The notes beneath the pieces were generated by a model. The model was not told the DNA's origin. It saw nothing but the letters and a program-made list of their open reading frames with translations, and ran no database searches. Positions 39,570-49,125 of a stretch of 60,576 nucleotides of DNA are shown here, in pieces (positions within the stretch are counted from its first letter, which is position 1; each line of letters begins with the position of its first letter). The position numbers and the translations under genes are program-made. Location of the stretch: positions 1 to 60,576 of the forward strand of contig JBBSVN010000008.1 of the NCBI GenBank assembly GCA_038046765.1, written 5' to 3'. The DNA is from Candidatus Micrarchaeota archaeon. GTDB lineage: Archaea > Micrarchaeota > Micrarchaeia > Anstonellales > Bilamarchaeaceae.

Positions 39570-40565
39570 TTAGATCGTCAAATCCCATTCTTTGCCTTCA
39601 TATTCTAAGAAAACTCCTTTTTTATTTCCTACAACACTGCCAACTACTTGCGCTGGACAATTATTTTTCTTTAAATTTACAAGTACGTTTTGTTCTTCGC
39701 TTTTTGGAACTGCTAGAACCATGCCGATTCCCATGTTAAAAGTAGTGTAAGCATCAAGTGGGGTTTCCATCTTGGTTATTAGTTCCTTAAAAAGTCCTTT
39801 TGGTTTTGGTAAATTATCAAAAACAAATCCGACATTTTTATTTATTCTTGTAATTTTAGAAAATGCGCCTCCAGTAATATGGGCAATTCCATGAATTTCA
39901 TGTTGCTTAACAACATCCAAAACAGGCTTTACATAAATTCGAGTTGGCTCTAACATTTCCTTTCCGAATTTTTTAATATCAAGAAGTTTTCGAGCGAGTG
40001 TGTATCCGTTACTATGTAATCCGCTGCTTTCTAAACCGATTAAAACATCGCCATGTTTTATTGCATCTCCGGTAATTATTTCTTTTGTTACAACTCTGCC
40101 AACTACTGCAAAACTAAGATCAAAAGTTTTTTTATCTTCTTTAATTAATTCTGGAACTACTGCGGTTTCTCCGCCAATTAATGCACAACTTGATTGTTTA
40201 CAACCTTCTACTAAACCCTTAACTAGGTCGTTAACAATTCGTTCATCCTGTTCTCTTAGAAAAATACTATCTACGCCAACTAAAGATTCAGCGCCTAAAC
40301 AAAGAATATCATTTACGCTCATTGCTACTACATCAATCCCGACTGTATCATATTTGTTAAGTTGCTGCGCTAAGATAATTTTTGTACCTACGTTGTCATT
40401 GTGCATTACTAGTTTCTCGCTTCCAGCTTGGAAAACTCCACCATAGTGTCCATAAATCGGTAAGGGTTCGCCATATCCCGAGCGAAAAGAATAAGTCTGT
40501 TTGATCATGTTCCAAATGTTTGCTTGAATTCCTCGCATTTTTTTAACATCAACTGGGTATTTCAT
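39570..40565 (-). CDS. purM: AIR synthase
   Basis: DNVGTK, VAMSVND, GGETA, SSGLHSNGY, AHITGG, TFNMGIG. Confidence 0.95.
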   Translation of the reverse strand: MKYPVDVKKMRGIQANIWNMIKQTYSFRSGYGEPLPIYGHYGGVFQAGSEKLVMHNDNVGTKIILAQQLNKYDTVGIDVVAMSVNDILCLGAESLVGVDSIFLREQDERIVNDLVKGLVEGCKQSSCALIGGETAVVPELIKEDKKTFDLSFAVVGRVVTKEIITGDAIKHGDVLIGLESSGLHSNGYTLARKLLDIKKFGKEMLEPTRIYVKPVLDVVKQHEIHGIAHITGGAFSKITRINKNVGFVFDNLPKPKGLFKELITKMETPLDAYTTFNMGIGMVLAVPKSEEQNVLVNLKKNNCPAQVVGSVVGNKKGVFLEYEGKEWDLTI

Positions 40566-40607
40566 ACTAATAATAAAACAAGAAAGAAATTAAACCTAAT
40601 CGTAAAG

Positions 40608-40865
40608 TTACCTTCTTTCATAAATATTCTTTCTGTGGCCTATCGACATTAAAAATACGATGTTGTCATTACGCAAAATTCTTGCAATAATTCGATAGTC
40701 CCCAATTCTGATTTTACTTTCTTCTCTTCCAGCTAAACGCTCAAAAAAATGATCCGGATTTTCCAGAGTTGTTTCTAATTTTTCTATAATTCGTTTAGCA
40801 GTTGGATTATCGAGTTTACGTAACTGGAGTAAAGATTCATCTGAAAAAATAAGTTTGTAAATCAT
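40608..40865 (-). CDS. relE: RelE/ParE toxin
   Basis: QLRKLD...AKRI; KIRIGDYRII; IGHRKNIY. Confidence 0.9.
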   Translation of the reverse strand: MIYKLIFSDESLLQLRKLDNPTAKRIIEKLETTLENPDHFFERLAGREESKIRIGDYRIIARILRNDNIVFLMSIGHRKNIYERR

Positions 40866-41107
40866 TAAACTATCCCTAATTGTTTTTTGACTTCTTCTAC
40901 GGAATGTGTTCTTCCATGTTTTATATCTAGTAATCCTCGAAGTAAAGAAAGTTTAAATTCTGGAGTGTAATTGCCTTCATCATCAGAACTTGGAACCAAA
41001 TTAAGCAGGTCATTTATTAAATGGTCATAAGTTTCTCTTGAGGCCGTTTTTAATTCAGATAATCTTGATCTAGTTTGTTCGGTTATTTGTATCGTTGTAT
41101 AATTCAT
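40865..41107 (-). CDS. Antitoxin (TTIQI...RETYD type)
   Basis: TTIQIT..TR..L..LK...ETYD..I; C-terminal S.EEVKKQLG; AGGTG RBS; palindrome TATATAATGATTATATA at 41119-41135. Confidence 0.8.
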   Translation of the reverse strand: MNYTTIQITEQTRSRLSELKTASRETYDHLINDLLNLVPSSDDEGNYTPEFKLSLLRGLLDIKHGRTHSVEEVKKQLGIV

Positions 41108-41260
41108 ATATAACACCTTATATAATGATTATATACATAATTATAAATCTATCTATATCATCCTATCTTATTCAATTAAATCTCGTGTGTTAATTCGTTA
41201 GCGAGAGTTTGTTATTTTGGTATAGCTCATTTTAAAACATAACCCTTCACATATTAAATC

Positions 41261-42613
41261 ATGCAAAAAGTAAGAACGGATTTTTCTAATTTCCCCCATC
41301 AAAAAATTGGATCTGGGACTTTTGGCGCTAAAACTACTAAACTTGAAAGCTTTAAAGCGTCAATGGAGAAATCCGGATTAATTACTCTCCCTTCAGTTTC
41401 TTTTCCAATAGAATACTTTAGATCAGCCTTAGTTAGAGCTACACTTGTTGACCAATGTGGAAAATTTACTGGACAAACTTCAGGGGATTTTCCAATTGAC
41501 TTTGGTATAAATCAAACACGACAAATTCAAGAAATTACTAAATTTCTTAAAGGGTTTATTGTGGCTGTAAGGTCGGACGAAAGAAGTGCAAAAGGTTGCG
41601 GGGTTTTTGAAACTCAATTTGTCGAAGCTAGAGACATACTATGGATTCTTAAGCGGATTTTACGTTCCCAGTTTTCTGAATCAGCACAGGTTTTTAAGAG
41701 ATTGACTCAAATACCCGATGAAATTGGAATAATGTTAATGCCATTAGCTGGTCAGAATTTTGATCTTTTTGAAGATGTTTTGTATGGCCCAAGTGTGTCT
41801 GTTGCGGGGTTTACTATAATCGATCGAAATGAAGTAAGGCTCAGCATTGGCTTTGGAATCGGTGGCGGGGTAAATCAATATGCCGTTCAAACGAGATTTA
41901 GGGGAGGTAAGATTGATTTTTTAGAATTTCCACCAGAAATTCGTTTGATGGAAGCGCAAGATAGATCTATTTCTGATGAAAAATTTGCTCCAAACATTCT
42001 AGTAACTGATTTTGGGTTCCCTAATATATTTGAAGCTCAGAATTCTTCTGATGATTTTTGTAATCGTATTCTTTCTGTTGCAAGAGAGAGGCAAACTGAT
42101 GTTTATTTTGAAGCGCAACTTATTGACCATAAAGCTGGGCTCTTTGCAGTAACACAAATTGCAGAACACACCTGGCCTAAGATTGATAAACCAAATGGAA
42201 AAGAAATAATTAAAATAACTGGTTATCGAAATATTGTCGGTTCCGGGGTAAAGGTTCTTGATCATTACGTTTTTTTACCCTCGCCATCATATGTACTTGA
42301 TGAAAAAAAGGGTGAAAACATTGCTGAAGTTCGCTTTAAACTAATTCGCGAAAATCCAGGTGCACTTGTAATATTTGATCGGGATAGTTTGAATTTGCAT
42401 AGCCTAGCCACTTATGAATATAATCCTGCAATCATAAATCTTACTGATCATATTCGTCCATTTAGTTGTCATATCAGCGGGGCATTTAGGGAAACTGGAA
42501 AAATAGTTCTAAATGCTGGAGGATATAACTATTTTATAAACGAATTAAGTGGTAAAAAATTCGCTGTTTGGGCAGACGAGTTAAATGAAGAGGCAGGGAT
42601 AGTTCTTCTTTGA
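41261..42613 (+). CDS. Divergent PEP synthase/PPDK-like ATP-grasp protein
   Basis: GAKT..L; VAVRSD...G.G.FET.F; GFGIGG; C-terminal CHISG segment resembling a phospho-His swivel domain. Confidence 0.5.
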   Translation: MQKVRTDFSNFPHQKIGSGTFGAKTTKLESFKASMEKSGLITLPSVSFPIEYFRSALVRATLVDQCGKFTGQTSGDFPIDFGINQTRQIQEITKFLKGFIVAVRSDERSAKGCGVFETQFVEARDILWILKRILRSQFSESAQVFKRLTQIPDEIGIMLMPLAGQNFDLFEDVLYGPSVSVAGFTIIDRNEVRLSIGFGIGGGVNQYAVQTRFRGGKIDFLEFPPEIRLMEAQDRSISDEKFAPNILVTDFGFPNIFEAQNSSDDFCNRILSVARERQTDVYFEAQLIDHKAGLFAVTQIAEHTWPKIDKPNGKEIIKITGYRNIVGSGVKVLDHYVFLPSPSYVLDEKKGENIAEVRFKLIRENPGALVIFDRDSLNLHSLATYEYNPAIINLTDHIRPFSCHISGAFRETGKIVLNAGGYNYFINELSGKKFAVWADELNEEAGIVLL

Positions 42614-42665
42614 TTCAATTATTCTATCCGAAACGCTTAATAATCCTTTTAGCGAAGTTGCTCTT

Positions 42666-43118
42666 ATGCGTTTAATTGGAAGTTTTTACATGTTTACTCA
42701 AAGGGTTTTAGATTCTTTAAAATCCACGAAATTACCTAAAAGTGATCGAGATAAATTATCAAGGCTCCTAAAGCGAACAGCAAAAAGAAATTCGGTTTTA
42801 GCTAAAGGTATACTATCTGGTCTATCTGCTGGGGGCGCAAGCGATGACGATATTAAAAAATTTAGTAAACTTCTAGAGCGTGCTAATTCAAAAATTCTAG
42901 AGGACAAAGAACCATTTAGTGAAATTGACAAAAAAGATTTAAAAGAAATATTTAGAAGGTCATACGTATCAGCTAAGGCAGCTGACTGGTTCGCATCACA
43001 AATGGATGAATTATTAGCTGAAGAAATTGGGGAATTTATACAAGGAAAAAGAACAATTGGCGTTCCAACAAAAACAATTTTATTAGAAGAAAAAAGACCA
43101 AAGAAAATAACTGTCTAG
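42666..43118 (+). CDS. Hypothetical protein
   Basis: 150-aa helical ORF. Confidence 0.5.
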   Translation: MRLIGSFYMFTQRVLDSLKSTKLPKSDRDKLSRLLKRTAKRNSVLAKGILSGLSAGGASDDDIKKFSKLLERANSKILEDKEPFSEIDKKDLKEIFRRSYVSAKAADWFASQMDELLAEEIGEFIQGKRTIGVPTKTILLEEKRPKKITV

Positions 43119-43135
43119 TTATTTTAGGGATTTCT

Positions 43136-43651
43136 ATGAAAGTTAAACTTACACCAGAACTTGCTTACATAATCGGATTCTGGAGAAAAAGAAGAAGCTT
43201 TGAAGGCCTGGGCGTTCATGGAGATGGGTTATACTTACAAATTTTTTCCCAGGAAGTACTTGATAAGGGTCTTACTATTTCAACTAAACTACTTACTGCA
43301 GAACATCGTGTTTACTTTTTTCACTCTGCCTATAGAAAATTTTTTCAGGAAGTTGAAAAAGAACAGCTTGAACGTTTTAAATATATGAATGAATATGCTG
43401 CAAGTTATTTAGCTGGAATTTTTGATAGTTCTGGTGAAGTAGATTCTTCTGGAAAAATTTGTATAAACAAGGCAAACCGGGAAGATGAAATGCTTCTTTT
43501 ACGTTTGGGGTTTACTTCAAGAAGAAGGGAAGATCGGCTTGTTGTAGGTAATCCAAAAGCATTTTTACTTTTTATAAAAAATTACGTAAAAAAATTCAAG
43601 GATGATAAAGTTTTTGAGTATGTAAAAAGTACTAAGAAAGTTGTAATTTAG
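43136..43651 (+). CDS. Stand-alone degenerate LAGLIDADG-fold protein
   Basis: LTPELAYIIG and YLAGIFDSSG helices. Confidence 0.7.
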   Translation: MKVKLTPELAYIIGFWRKRRSFEGLGVHGDGLYLQIFSQEVLDKGLTISTKLLTAEHRVYFFHSAYRKFFQEVEKEQLERFKYMNEYAASYLAGIFDSSGEVDSSGKICINKANREDEMLLLRLGFTSRRREDRLVVGNPKAFLLFIKNYVKKFKDDKVFEYVKSTKKVVI

Positions 43652-43664
43652 CTTTTTTTCAAGT

Positions 43665-44192
43665 TTACCAAGGAACTTTCTTTAATCCAAGTTTATTTGC
43701 AATAAAATTCGTTAATGGATGTAAAACTAACGTTGCAAATAATAATATCAATAAAGAAACAAAATCAAACCTTTCAATTATTACAAAAGGCGATGCTAAA
43801 ATTAATGCGACAAAAAGAAACATCGTGCTATCTAATATAAACTGTTTTCCAGATCCGACTTTGAATCTTCTTTTAATGTAACTTCCTAGTGAATCTCCGA
43901 TCATCGCGCCAATCGAAAGTGTGACTCCTCCAAAAAACTGCATACGGGGATTTTCAAAAAATTTAAGTTGCACAAATAATGCGAGCAATCCCGCAAAAAC
44001 AATTCCTGATGCTATTCCGCCTATAAATCCGCGAATCGTTTTTCCATCTCCTAGTACCCGCTCGCCATCATCGTGTTTTTTGCCAAAGTCAATTGGCGCG
44101 CCTCCTCCAAGTAAAACTGGTGCCGCATTTGAAATGTATGCTGGCAATATGAATAATACTAAAGAAAGTATATTTTCATAAAAAGTTTCCAT
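43665..44192 (-). CDS. carS: CDP-archaeol synthase
   Basis: PAYISNAAP, PIDFG, LGDGKT.RG, GD..GSYIKRR, LK.VPW. Confidence 0.93.
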   Translation of the reverse strand: METFYENILSLVLFILPAYISNAAPVLLGGGAPIDFGKKHDDGERVLGDGKTIRGFIGGIASGIVFAGLLALFVQLKFFENPRMQFFGGVTLSIGAMIGDSLGSYIKRRFKVGSGKQFILDSTMFLFVALILASPFVIIERFDFVSLLILLFATLVLHPLTNFIANKLGLKKVPW

Positions 44193-44243
44193 ATAGATTG
44201 CTAATTTCCCTAGATTAGTTTATAAATATTCTATAATAGTTAT

Positions 44244-44322
44244 TAGCAATGAGCACTGAGCCTTGGACAATGAGCAATAGTAAATCCCTCTTTTGGCTCA
44301 TGGCACAATAGCTCAAGGCTGA
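44244..44322. repeat. Heptamer inverted repeat element, copy 5
   Basis: tagcaat-gagcact-gagcctt-ggacaat-gagcaat ... gctcatg-gcacaata-gctcaag-gctga. Confidence 0.8.
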
Positions 44323-44327
44323 CATAT

Positions 44328-45245
44328 ATGTATCCAGAAACTAAATCCAGACAGAAAGGAAATTCGCTTATACCAACGATCGCTCTTTTAATCGGAGTTT
44401 TTGTTTTACTTGTAGGAGTAGTTCTATTTTTTTCATCTGCAAGTTCGTCCCTAAGTGGCAAGTGTGTTGCAGTAGTAAATTTAGATGATGAAATTTCTAT
44501 CCAAAGTATTCCTGCTTCATTATTTTCTGCTGGTAAACCCGGATCCGAAGATATTGCAAATTCGATATCATCTCTTAACAAACGAGATGAAATTTCTGGT
44601 GTTCTCTTAGTTGTAAATTCTCCTGGTGGCAGCGTAGTTGCTACAAGGGAAATTTATAATTCTTTTAAAGATCTTAAAAAGCCAAAAGTAGTTTACATGC
44701 GTGAAGTGGCGGCATCTGGCGGGTATTACGTTTCAAGCGCAGCTGATTACATTTTCGCAGATCCAAATACAATTACGGGGAGCATAGGAGTTATTACTAC
44801 TTTTACCGATTTATCTGGTTTATTAGATAAGGTTGGTGTAAATGTGACTGCTGTTAAATCAGGTGAATACAAAGATATTGGTTCACAATCTAGGTCAATG
44901 AGCGATAATGAAAGCAAACTGATCAAGGATTTAATTCTCGAAGTTTATTCTGAATTCAAAGGAGTCGTGCTTGAAAATCGAAAAGGAAAATTAGATATGG
45001 CGCGCTTCGATAATGCAACTGATGGTCGAATCTTAAGCGGCAGACAAGCAAAGAGCCTTGGTTTAATCGATCAACTTGGAACTAAAAAAGATGCACTAAA
45101 ATATACTGCTAATTTATCTGGCATCGATGCTAATGAACCACGAGTTTGTCAAATAAGTACAAGTTCTGCGGATGAGGGGTTGCTTAGCATCAAATCATTA
45201 ATCGGTTCAATTTCAAACAGAAAGCTTCAAATAAAGTTCGAATAA
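44328..45245 (+). CDS. sppA: Signal peptide peptidase SppA
   Basis: VNSPGGS, AASGGYY, TGSIGV, KSGEYKD. Confidence 0.93.
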   Translation: MYPETKSRQKGNSLIPTIALLIGVFVLLVGVVLFFSSASSSLSGKCVAVVNLDDEISIQSIPASLFSAGKPGSEDIANSISSLNKRDEISGVLLVVNSPGGSVVATREIYNSFKDLKKPKVVYMREVAASGGYYVSSAADYIFADPNTITGSIGVITTFTDLSGLLDKVGVNVTAVKSGEYKDIGSQSRSMSDNESKLIKDLILEVYSEFKGVVLENRKGKLDMARFDNATDGRILSGRQAKSLGLIDQLGTKKDALKYTANLSGIDANEPRVCQISTSSADEGLLSIKSLIGSISNRKLQIKFE

Positions 45246-45255
45246 TGATGTTCTT

Positions 45256-45609
45256 ATGAAAGAAGAAAATCGTTATTTTTTTGTTCCAGTAATCCTGTTT
45301 TTTATTCTTCTTTTACTTGTTTTTTATAATTTCTTTCTTTACAAACCGGTCGTTGAACAAAAATATGTTTCGATAAATTCTGGTAAAAATATTTGCGTTG
45401 AATCTGATCAAAAAGCTTGCATTGTTAATAATTCTTGTAAAGGCATAAGTGTTTGTAGGTCTAATTTTTGGAGTGAATGTATAATCAATCGTACTTGTGA
45501 AACTGGTTCACGCATTCCATGCTACAGTGAAAATAGCTGTTCTACAGGTTACCGCGTCTGCGATCAGTGCGGAAATTACGGAAGTTGTATCTATTCAACT
45601 ACAAAATAA
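45256..45609 (+). CDS. Small membrane-anchored Cys-rich protein
   Basis: N-terminal TM; two C...G...C....W/Y..C repeats. Confidence 0.65.
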   Translation: MKEENRYFFVPVILFFILLLLVFYNFFLYKPVVEQKYVSINSGKNICVESDQKACIVNNSCKGISVCRSNFWSECIINRTCETGSRIPCYSENSCSTGYRVCDQCGNYGSCIYSTTK

Positions 45610-45621
45610 ATGTTAATTATA

Positions 45622-45779
45622 CCGAGTCAACTTAAAAAAGTCGACTCGATCTATGTCGAGAACGGCAGTAAAGCCTTCTCGAGCATGTTCGCGAACCCCT
45701 CTGGTGTTCGCGACATTCAGAACCAAATATATAAGAACTAAGCTCAAACAATCGAGATTACTTAGTTGGTTCTGAATAG
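45622..45779. mobile_element. Hairpin cluster with a 62-bp double-hairpin element (45654-45715) inserted in a longer stem
   Basis: TG-TCGAGAA-x-TTCTCGA-GCATGT-TCGCGAAC-y-GTTCGCGA-CA; its removal gives the 14-bp stem CTATTCAGAACCAA/TTGGTTCTGAATAG. Confidence 0.75.
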
Positions 45780-45956
45780 CAAATGGATAGTAAAAGAATA
45801 ACTAATTTTTCATTTGAAGGGAATTTCTCTTCTCTAGAGTTAGTGAAGGATGCTATTCTTCGCTAAGTAGTAAGAAACTGCACTTTTTTCTAAGTAATAC
45901 GTATGCTATAAGAAATACCTTATATTTAAAAACATCTCGAATATAATAATGATAAT

Positions 45957-46523
45957 ATGCAAAGTAAAAAAGGTTTTGTTTTCTCATTAGATTCATTTGT
46001 AGCATTTACCTTGTGTCTTGTTATAATCTATTCGTTAATTTTCTTTTCAAGTATCCCGAGCGGGTATTACGATACCTTAACTCAAGCTCATTTTCTAACT
46101 AAGGACACATTAAATGCATTAATCTCTACTAAATGTTCGTTCACAGAATGCACTGACAAATCTGTAAATGTGCTAGAACATATTGTATTTCGTTCCGCGC
46201 AAAAAGATGTTGCAATCCAGAACTTTATTGGAAGCAAAATACCAACTCAATTCGGCTACCGGTTTGAAATCTTAGGAGAAGCAGTAGTTTACGATAGCAG
46301 GGTCAACCCAAGTGATAATCACAAAAAAAACTCAGATAAATTATCTGTTTCTGCTTCAACAATTGTATTTGGCTACGGTACAAGAATTAATAACATTCAA
46401 AATCCAAACGTTTACAAAACCTGCAATGGTGGAAGAGAAAATTTATGTACAGATATTTCATCAAACCTTCCAAATCTGCCCCAGTTTGAAATAAAAACTG
46501 TAAAACTCACGGTGTATATATGA
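45957..46523 (+). CDS. Class III signal peptide (pilin-like) protein
   Basis: KKG|FVFSLD followed by a hydrophobic helix. Confidence 0.75.
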   Translation: MQSKKGFVFSLDSFVAFTLCLVIIYSLIFFSSIPSGYYDTLTQAHFLTKDTLNALISTKCSFTECTDKSVNVLEHIVFRSAQKDVAIQNFIGSKIPTQFGYRFEILGEAVVYDSRVNPSDNHKKNSDKLSVSASTIVFGYGTRINNIQNPNVYKTCNGGRENLCTDISSNLPNLPQFEIKTVKLTVYI

Positions 46524-48061
46524 AAAGAAACTCCAAAGGTTTTTTCTTTACCATCGTAATTTTCCTTTTGATTACTTACATTCTTAGTTCTACTTCAATA
46601 TGGGTAAAAACAGTGCAGGAAAGTGAGAAGAAGTTTTCTGATGAACTAAGAAAATCAAATTTGGAATTAATCGCATCGCAATTAAATGATTTGGAAATTA
46701 CAAAATTTTCGCTTTTATCTGTTCAAAATGCGCTCTTTGCACTTAATACACAAACTGCGGTTACTCCTGTTAAACAAGATCCATCTGATGAGTTTTATCA
46801 CGTAAATAATGCCATGATTCAGTTAATTGAAAATGGTTCTGCAACTTCTGATAATTTTGTACTAAGTCAGCAAGCGGTAAGCAGTGTTTCATCCAGTTCA
46901 TCATTTTCAGGATGGTTTAATCAGGTAAACACATCGATTTCTGGTCTTGGCTTTAGGATAAAATCATACAAACTAAACAATTTTAAAATAAATCAAAGCA
47001 GGATGGATAATATTAATTATTCATTTAACATTTCAGTAGTTATTGATGATCGGACAACCGAGCTTTCAATCGAACGGAATTATACTATAAATGGCACTGT
47101 GAATATTTCCGGATTTACTGACCCCGCAATTAATCGCTTAATTGTTCCATCTCCGAATGTAAAAGTTGAAAAACAATACTTCTTTTACGATGATTATAAT
47201 ACTCCTGCTGCAATCGCACCAAGGTCAATTTTAACTGCAAACGAAGGTCAGGGTTGGTTTTATGGACCACTAGTTTCTGTTACGAAAGCAAATACAATTG
47301 CAACACAAGATCGAAACAGATACATTTTGGTTGGTGGCTATCAACAGGTAATCTCGTTAGTTGGGCAAAGCGTTGATTATGCTCAATTTGGTGCGATCAT
47401 ACTTACAAGTTCGCCAACTCTTTCACAATCGGCTTGTAGCGGAAATTCTAATGAAGCAGATACATTAAATGCACTTAGTTTTAATTCGCTTTGTGCTGCA
47501 ACCGCAAGCGGGTCTTATGCTAAACCGTTTGCAGTCTCGCCAGGATTTGCAATTTCAAATATGCCAAGTTGTCCTGAAGGAAATTGCGTTATTTTTGTGT
47601 CATCACATAATCCGGTACAAGTGACTGCAAGTCCCGCCCTTAAACTTAATCCAGTAAGTTTCTACGATATGGAAGCAATTCGGGATTTTGCAATCTGCGG
47701 TTACTACACTAAAAATTCTAATTCACCCTCATTTTTACAACGAATGTTGGAAAGTCCGTACAGTAAAAAAAGCGATAATTTTGGGATTGAAACATTTATC
47801 GTTAGCAACTTTATAGGCGGAACAAGCGTTGGAAATATACAAGCAACTTCAATATATCCTGATAGTACAAGTAGGATTGACAAAGATATCTTCAATAGCG
47901 TTAGCGGATTTAAGATTCGTGGAATGCCTGGATGTAAAAACTTAGAAAGTTGTAGCTCGGCATCTCCAATAGGACACTTTAGTTTAAGTCCTGATGGTAT
48001 TTCAAGATATATATTAGCTAGTACACTCTCATGTAATTATGGAAACGCAAATTGTGGTTAA
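46520..48061 (+). CDS. Large class III signal peptide (minor pilin/adhesin-like) protein
   Basis: SKG|FFFTI followed by a hydrophobic helix; Cys-rich C-terminus. Confidence 0.7.
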   Translation: MKRNSKGFFFTIVIFLLITYILSSTSIWVKTVQESEKKFSDELRKSNLELIASQLNDLEITKFSLLSVQNALFALNTQTAVTPVKQDPSDEFYHVNNAMIQLIENGSATSDNFVLSQQAVSSVSSSSSFSGWFNQVNTSISGLGFRIKSYKLNNFKINQSRMDNINYSFNISVVIDDRTTELSIERNYTINGTVNISGFTDPAINRLIVPSPNVKVEKQYFFYDDYNTPAAIAPRSILTANEGQGWFYGPLVSVTKANTIATQDRNRYILVGGYQQVISLVGQSVDYAQFGAIILTSSPTLSQSACSGNSNEADTLNALSFNSLCAATASGSYAKPFAVSPGFAISNMPSCPEGNCVIFVSSHNPVQVTASPALKLNPVSFYDMEAIRDFAICGYYTKNSNSPSFLQRMLESPYSKKSDNFGIETFIVSNFIGGTSVGNIQATSIYPDSTSRIDKDIFNSVSGFKIRGMPGCKNLESCSSASPIGHFSLSPDGISRYILASTLSCNYGNANCG

Positions 48062-48502
48062 ATGATTCACGCAAAAGATTTTCCAGGAAAGACACAAAAA
48101 GGTCAGTCAAGCCTAGAGCTATTAATTACTCTTGGTGTTGTCCTTGCGTTCTCCTTACCCGTAGTATTTCTTTTACTTACTGTATCTCAATTTGGTTTTG
48201 AAGATACATCAAAATTCCAGGCAGATGCAACTGCGATCAAAATTGCAGACACAATAAATGAGGTATATGCTAAACAGTCTTATGCAAAAACAACGCTTTT
48301 AGTTAATCTTCCAGCAAATACAAAGGAAATAAAAATAAATGGTCAGGAAGTGATTGTTGAAATAAACTCGGCTTCTGGAGTGTATCAGGCCGCTGCTCCA
48401 ATATTTGCTGATGCAAGAGACGTAACAATCGAAGGTAAGCGAGGGCCGGTTGTATTTTTAATAAACATTGATTCTTCAGGAAAGGTGCTTGTAAATGGAT
48501 AG
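48062..48502 (+). CDS. Class III signal peptide pilin-like protein
   Basis: KG|QSSLE followed by a hydrophobic helix. Confidence 0.8.
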   Translation: MIHAKDFPGKTQKGQSSLELLITLGVVLAFSLPVVFLLLTVSQFGFEDTSKFQADATAIKIADTINEVYAKQSYAKTTLLVNLPANTKEIKINGQEVIVEINSASGVYQAAAPIFADARDVTIEGKRGPVVFLINIDSSGKVLVNG

Positions 48503-49121
48503 TTCTAACTTAGCCCTGGGCAATGGGCGATGTGCCGTAAAGAGCAAAAAGCCTTTACTAGCTCGTCAAGTGCAAGCACTTGTCGATACAGTGAGCCACG
48601 CGATACGAAGAAGTGCAAAACTCAAGACTCAAAACAGGTTGCCCACAGCTCAAAGCTCAAAGCTCAAGGCCCATCACAAAGGCCAAGTTGCAACTGAATT
48701 CCTTATGTATACCGGCATGTTCATACTAATGGTCGTTATTGCTTTTGTCGCTGTTTCATATATTCAATCTGCAGAATTGCCTGCTAGGCAAGCTAATCTA
48801 ATAAAACAAACTGGAGAAGAATTTTCAAGTGCAATAAATTTAGCTGTAACTGCCGGAACAGGTTTTAAATATTCATTTACTTTCCCAAAATCGATCCTTG
48901 AACGCGATTACCTTATGTTGTTTGATACAAGCAATTCAAGATTAATCATTGTTTCTGGAGAAGATCCTCAAACATTTACCTATGCATATCCATTAAATGC
49001 TTATAATTATCGGCTTGAAGGGTGCATCGCAAGCAATAATAAGTTGCAGGCAAGTCAGTGTAAAAATACGCTCGAACTTTATAATGATGGTAATACTTTA
49101 ACAATAAGACAACCTAGTTGA
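48495..49121 (+). CDS. Class III signal peptide pilin-like protein with repeat-derived long leader
   Basis: KG|QVATE after a 63-aa leader; AGGTG RBS before the ATG at 48495. Confidence 0.75.
   Translation: MDSSNLALGNGRCAVKSKKPLLARQVQALVDTVSHAIRRSAKLKTQNRLPTAQSSKLKAHHKGQVATEFLMYTGMFILMVVIAFVAVSYIQSAELPARQANLIKQTGEEFSSAINLAVTAGTGFKYSFTFPKSILERDYLMLFDTSNSRLIIVSGEDPQTFTYAYPLNAYNYRLEGCIASNNKLQASQCKNTLELYNDGNTLTIRQPS
48511..48673. repeat. Heptamer inverted repeat element, copy 6, inside a CDS
   Basis: tagccct-gggcaat-gggcgat-gtgcc ... gcccaca-gctcaaa-gctcaaa-gctcaag-gccca. Confidence 0.8.
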
Positions 49122-49125
49122 TTTA

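Noticed and set aside
43136..43651. Intein or group I intron endonuclease
   Set aside because: No Hint motifs (C/S start, HN end) and no interrupted host gene.
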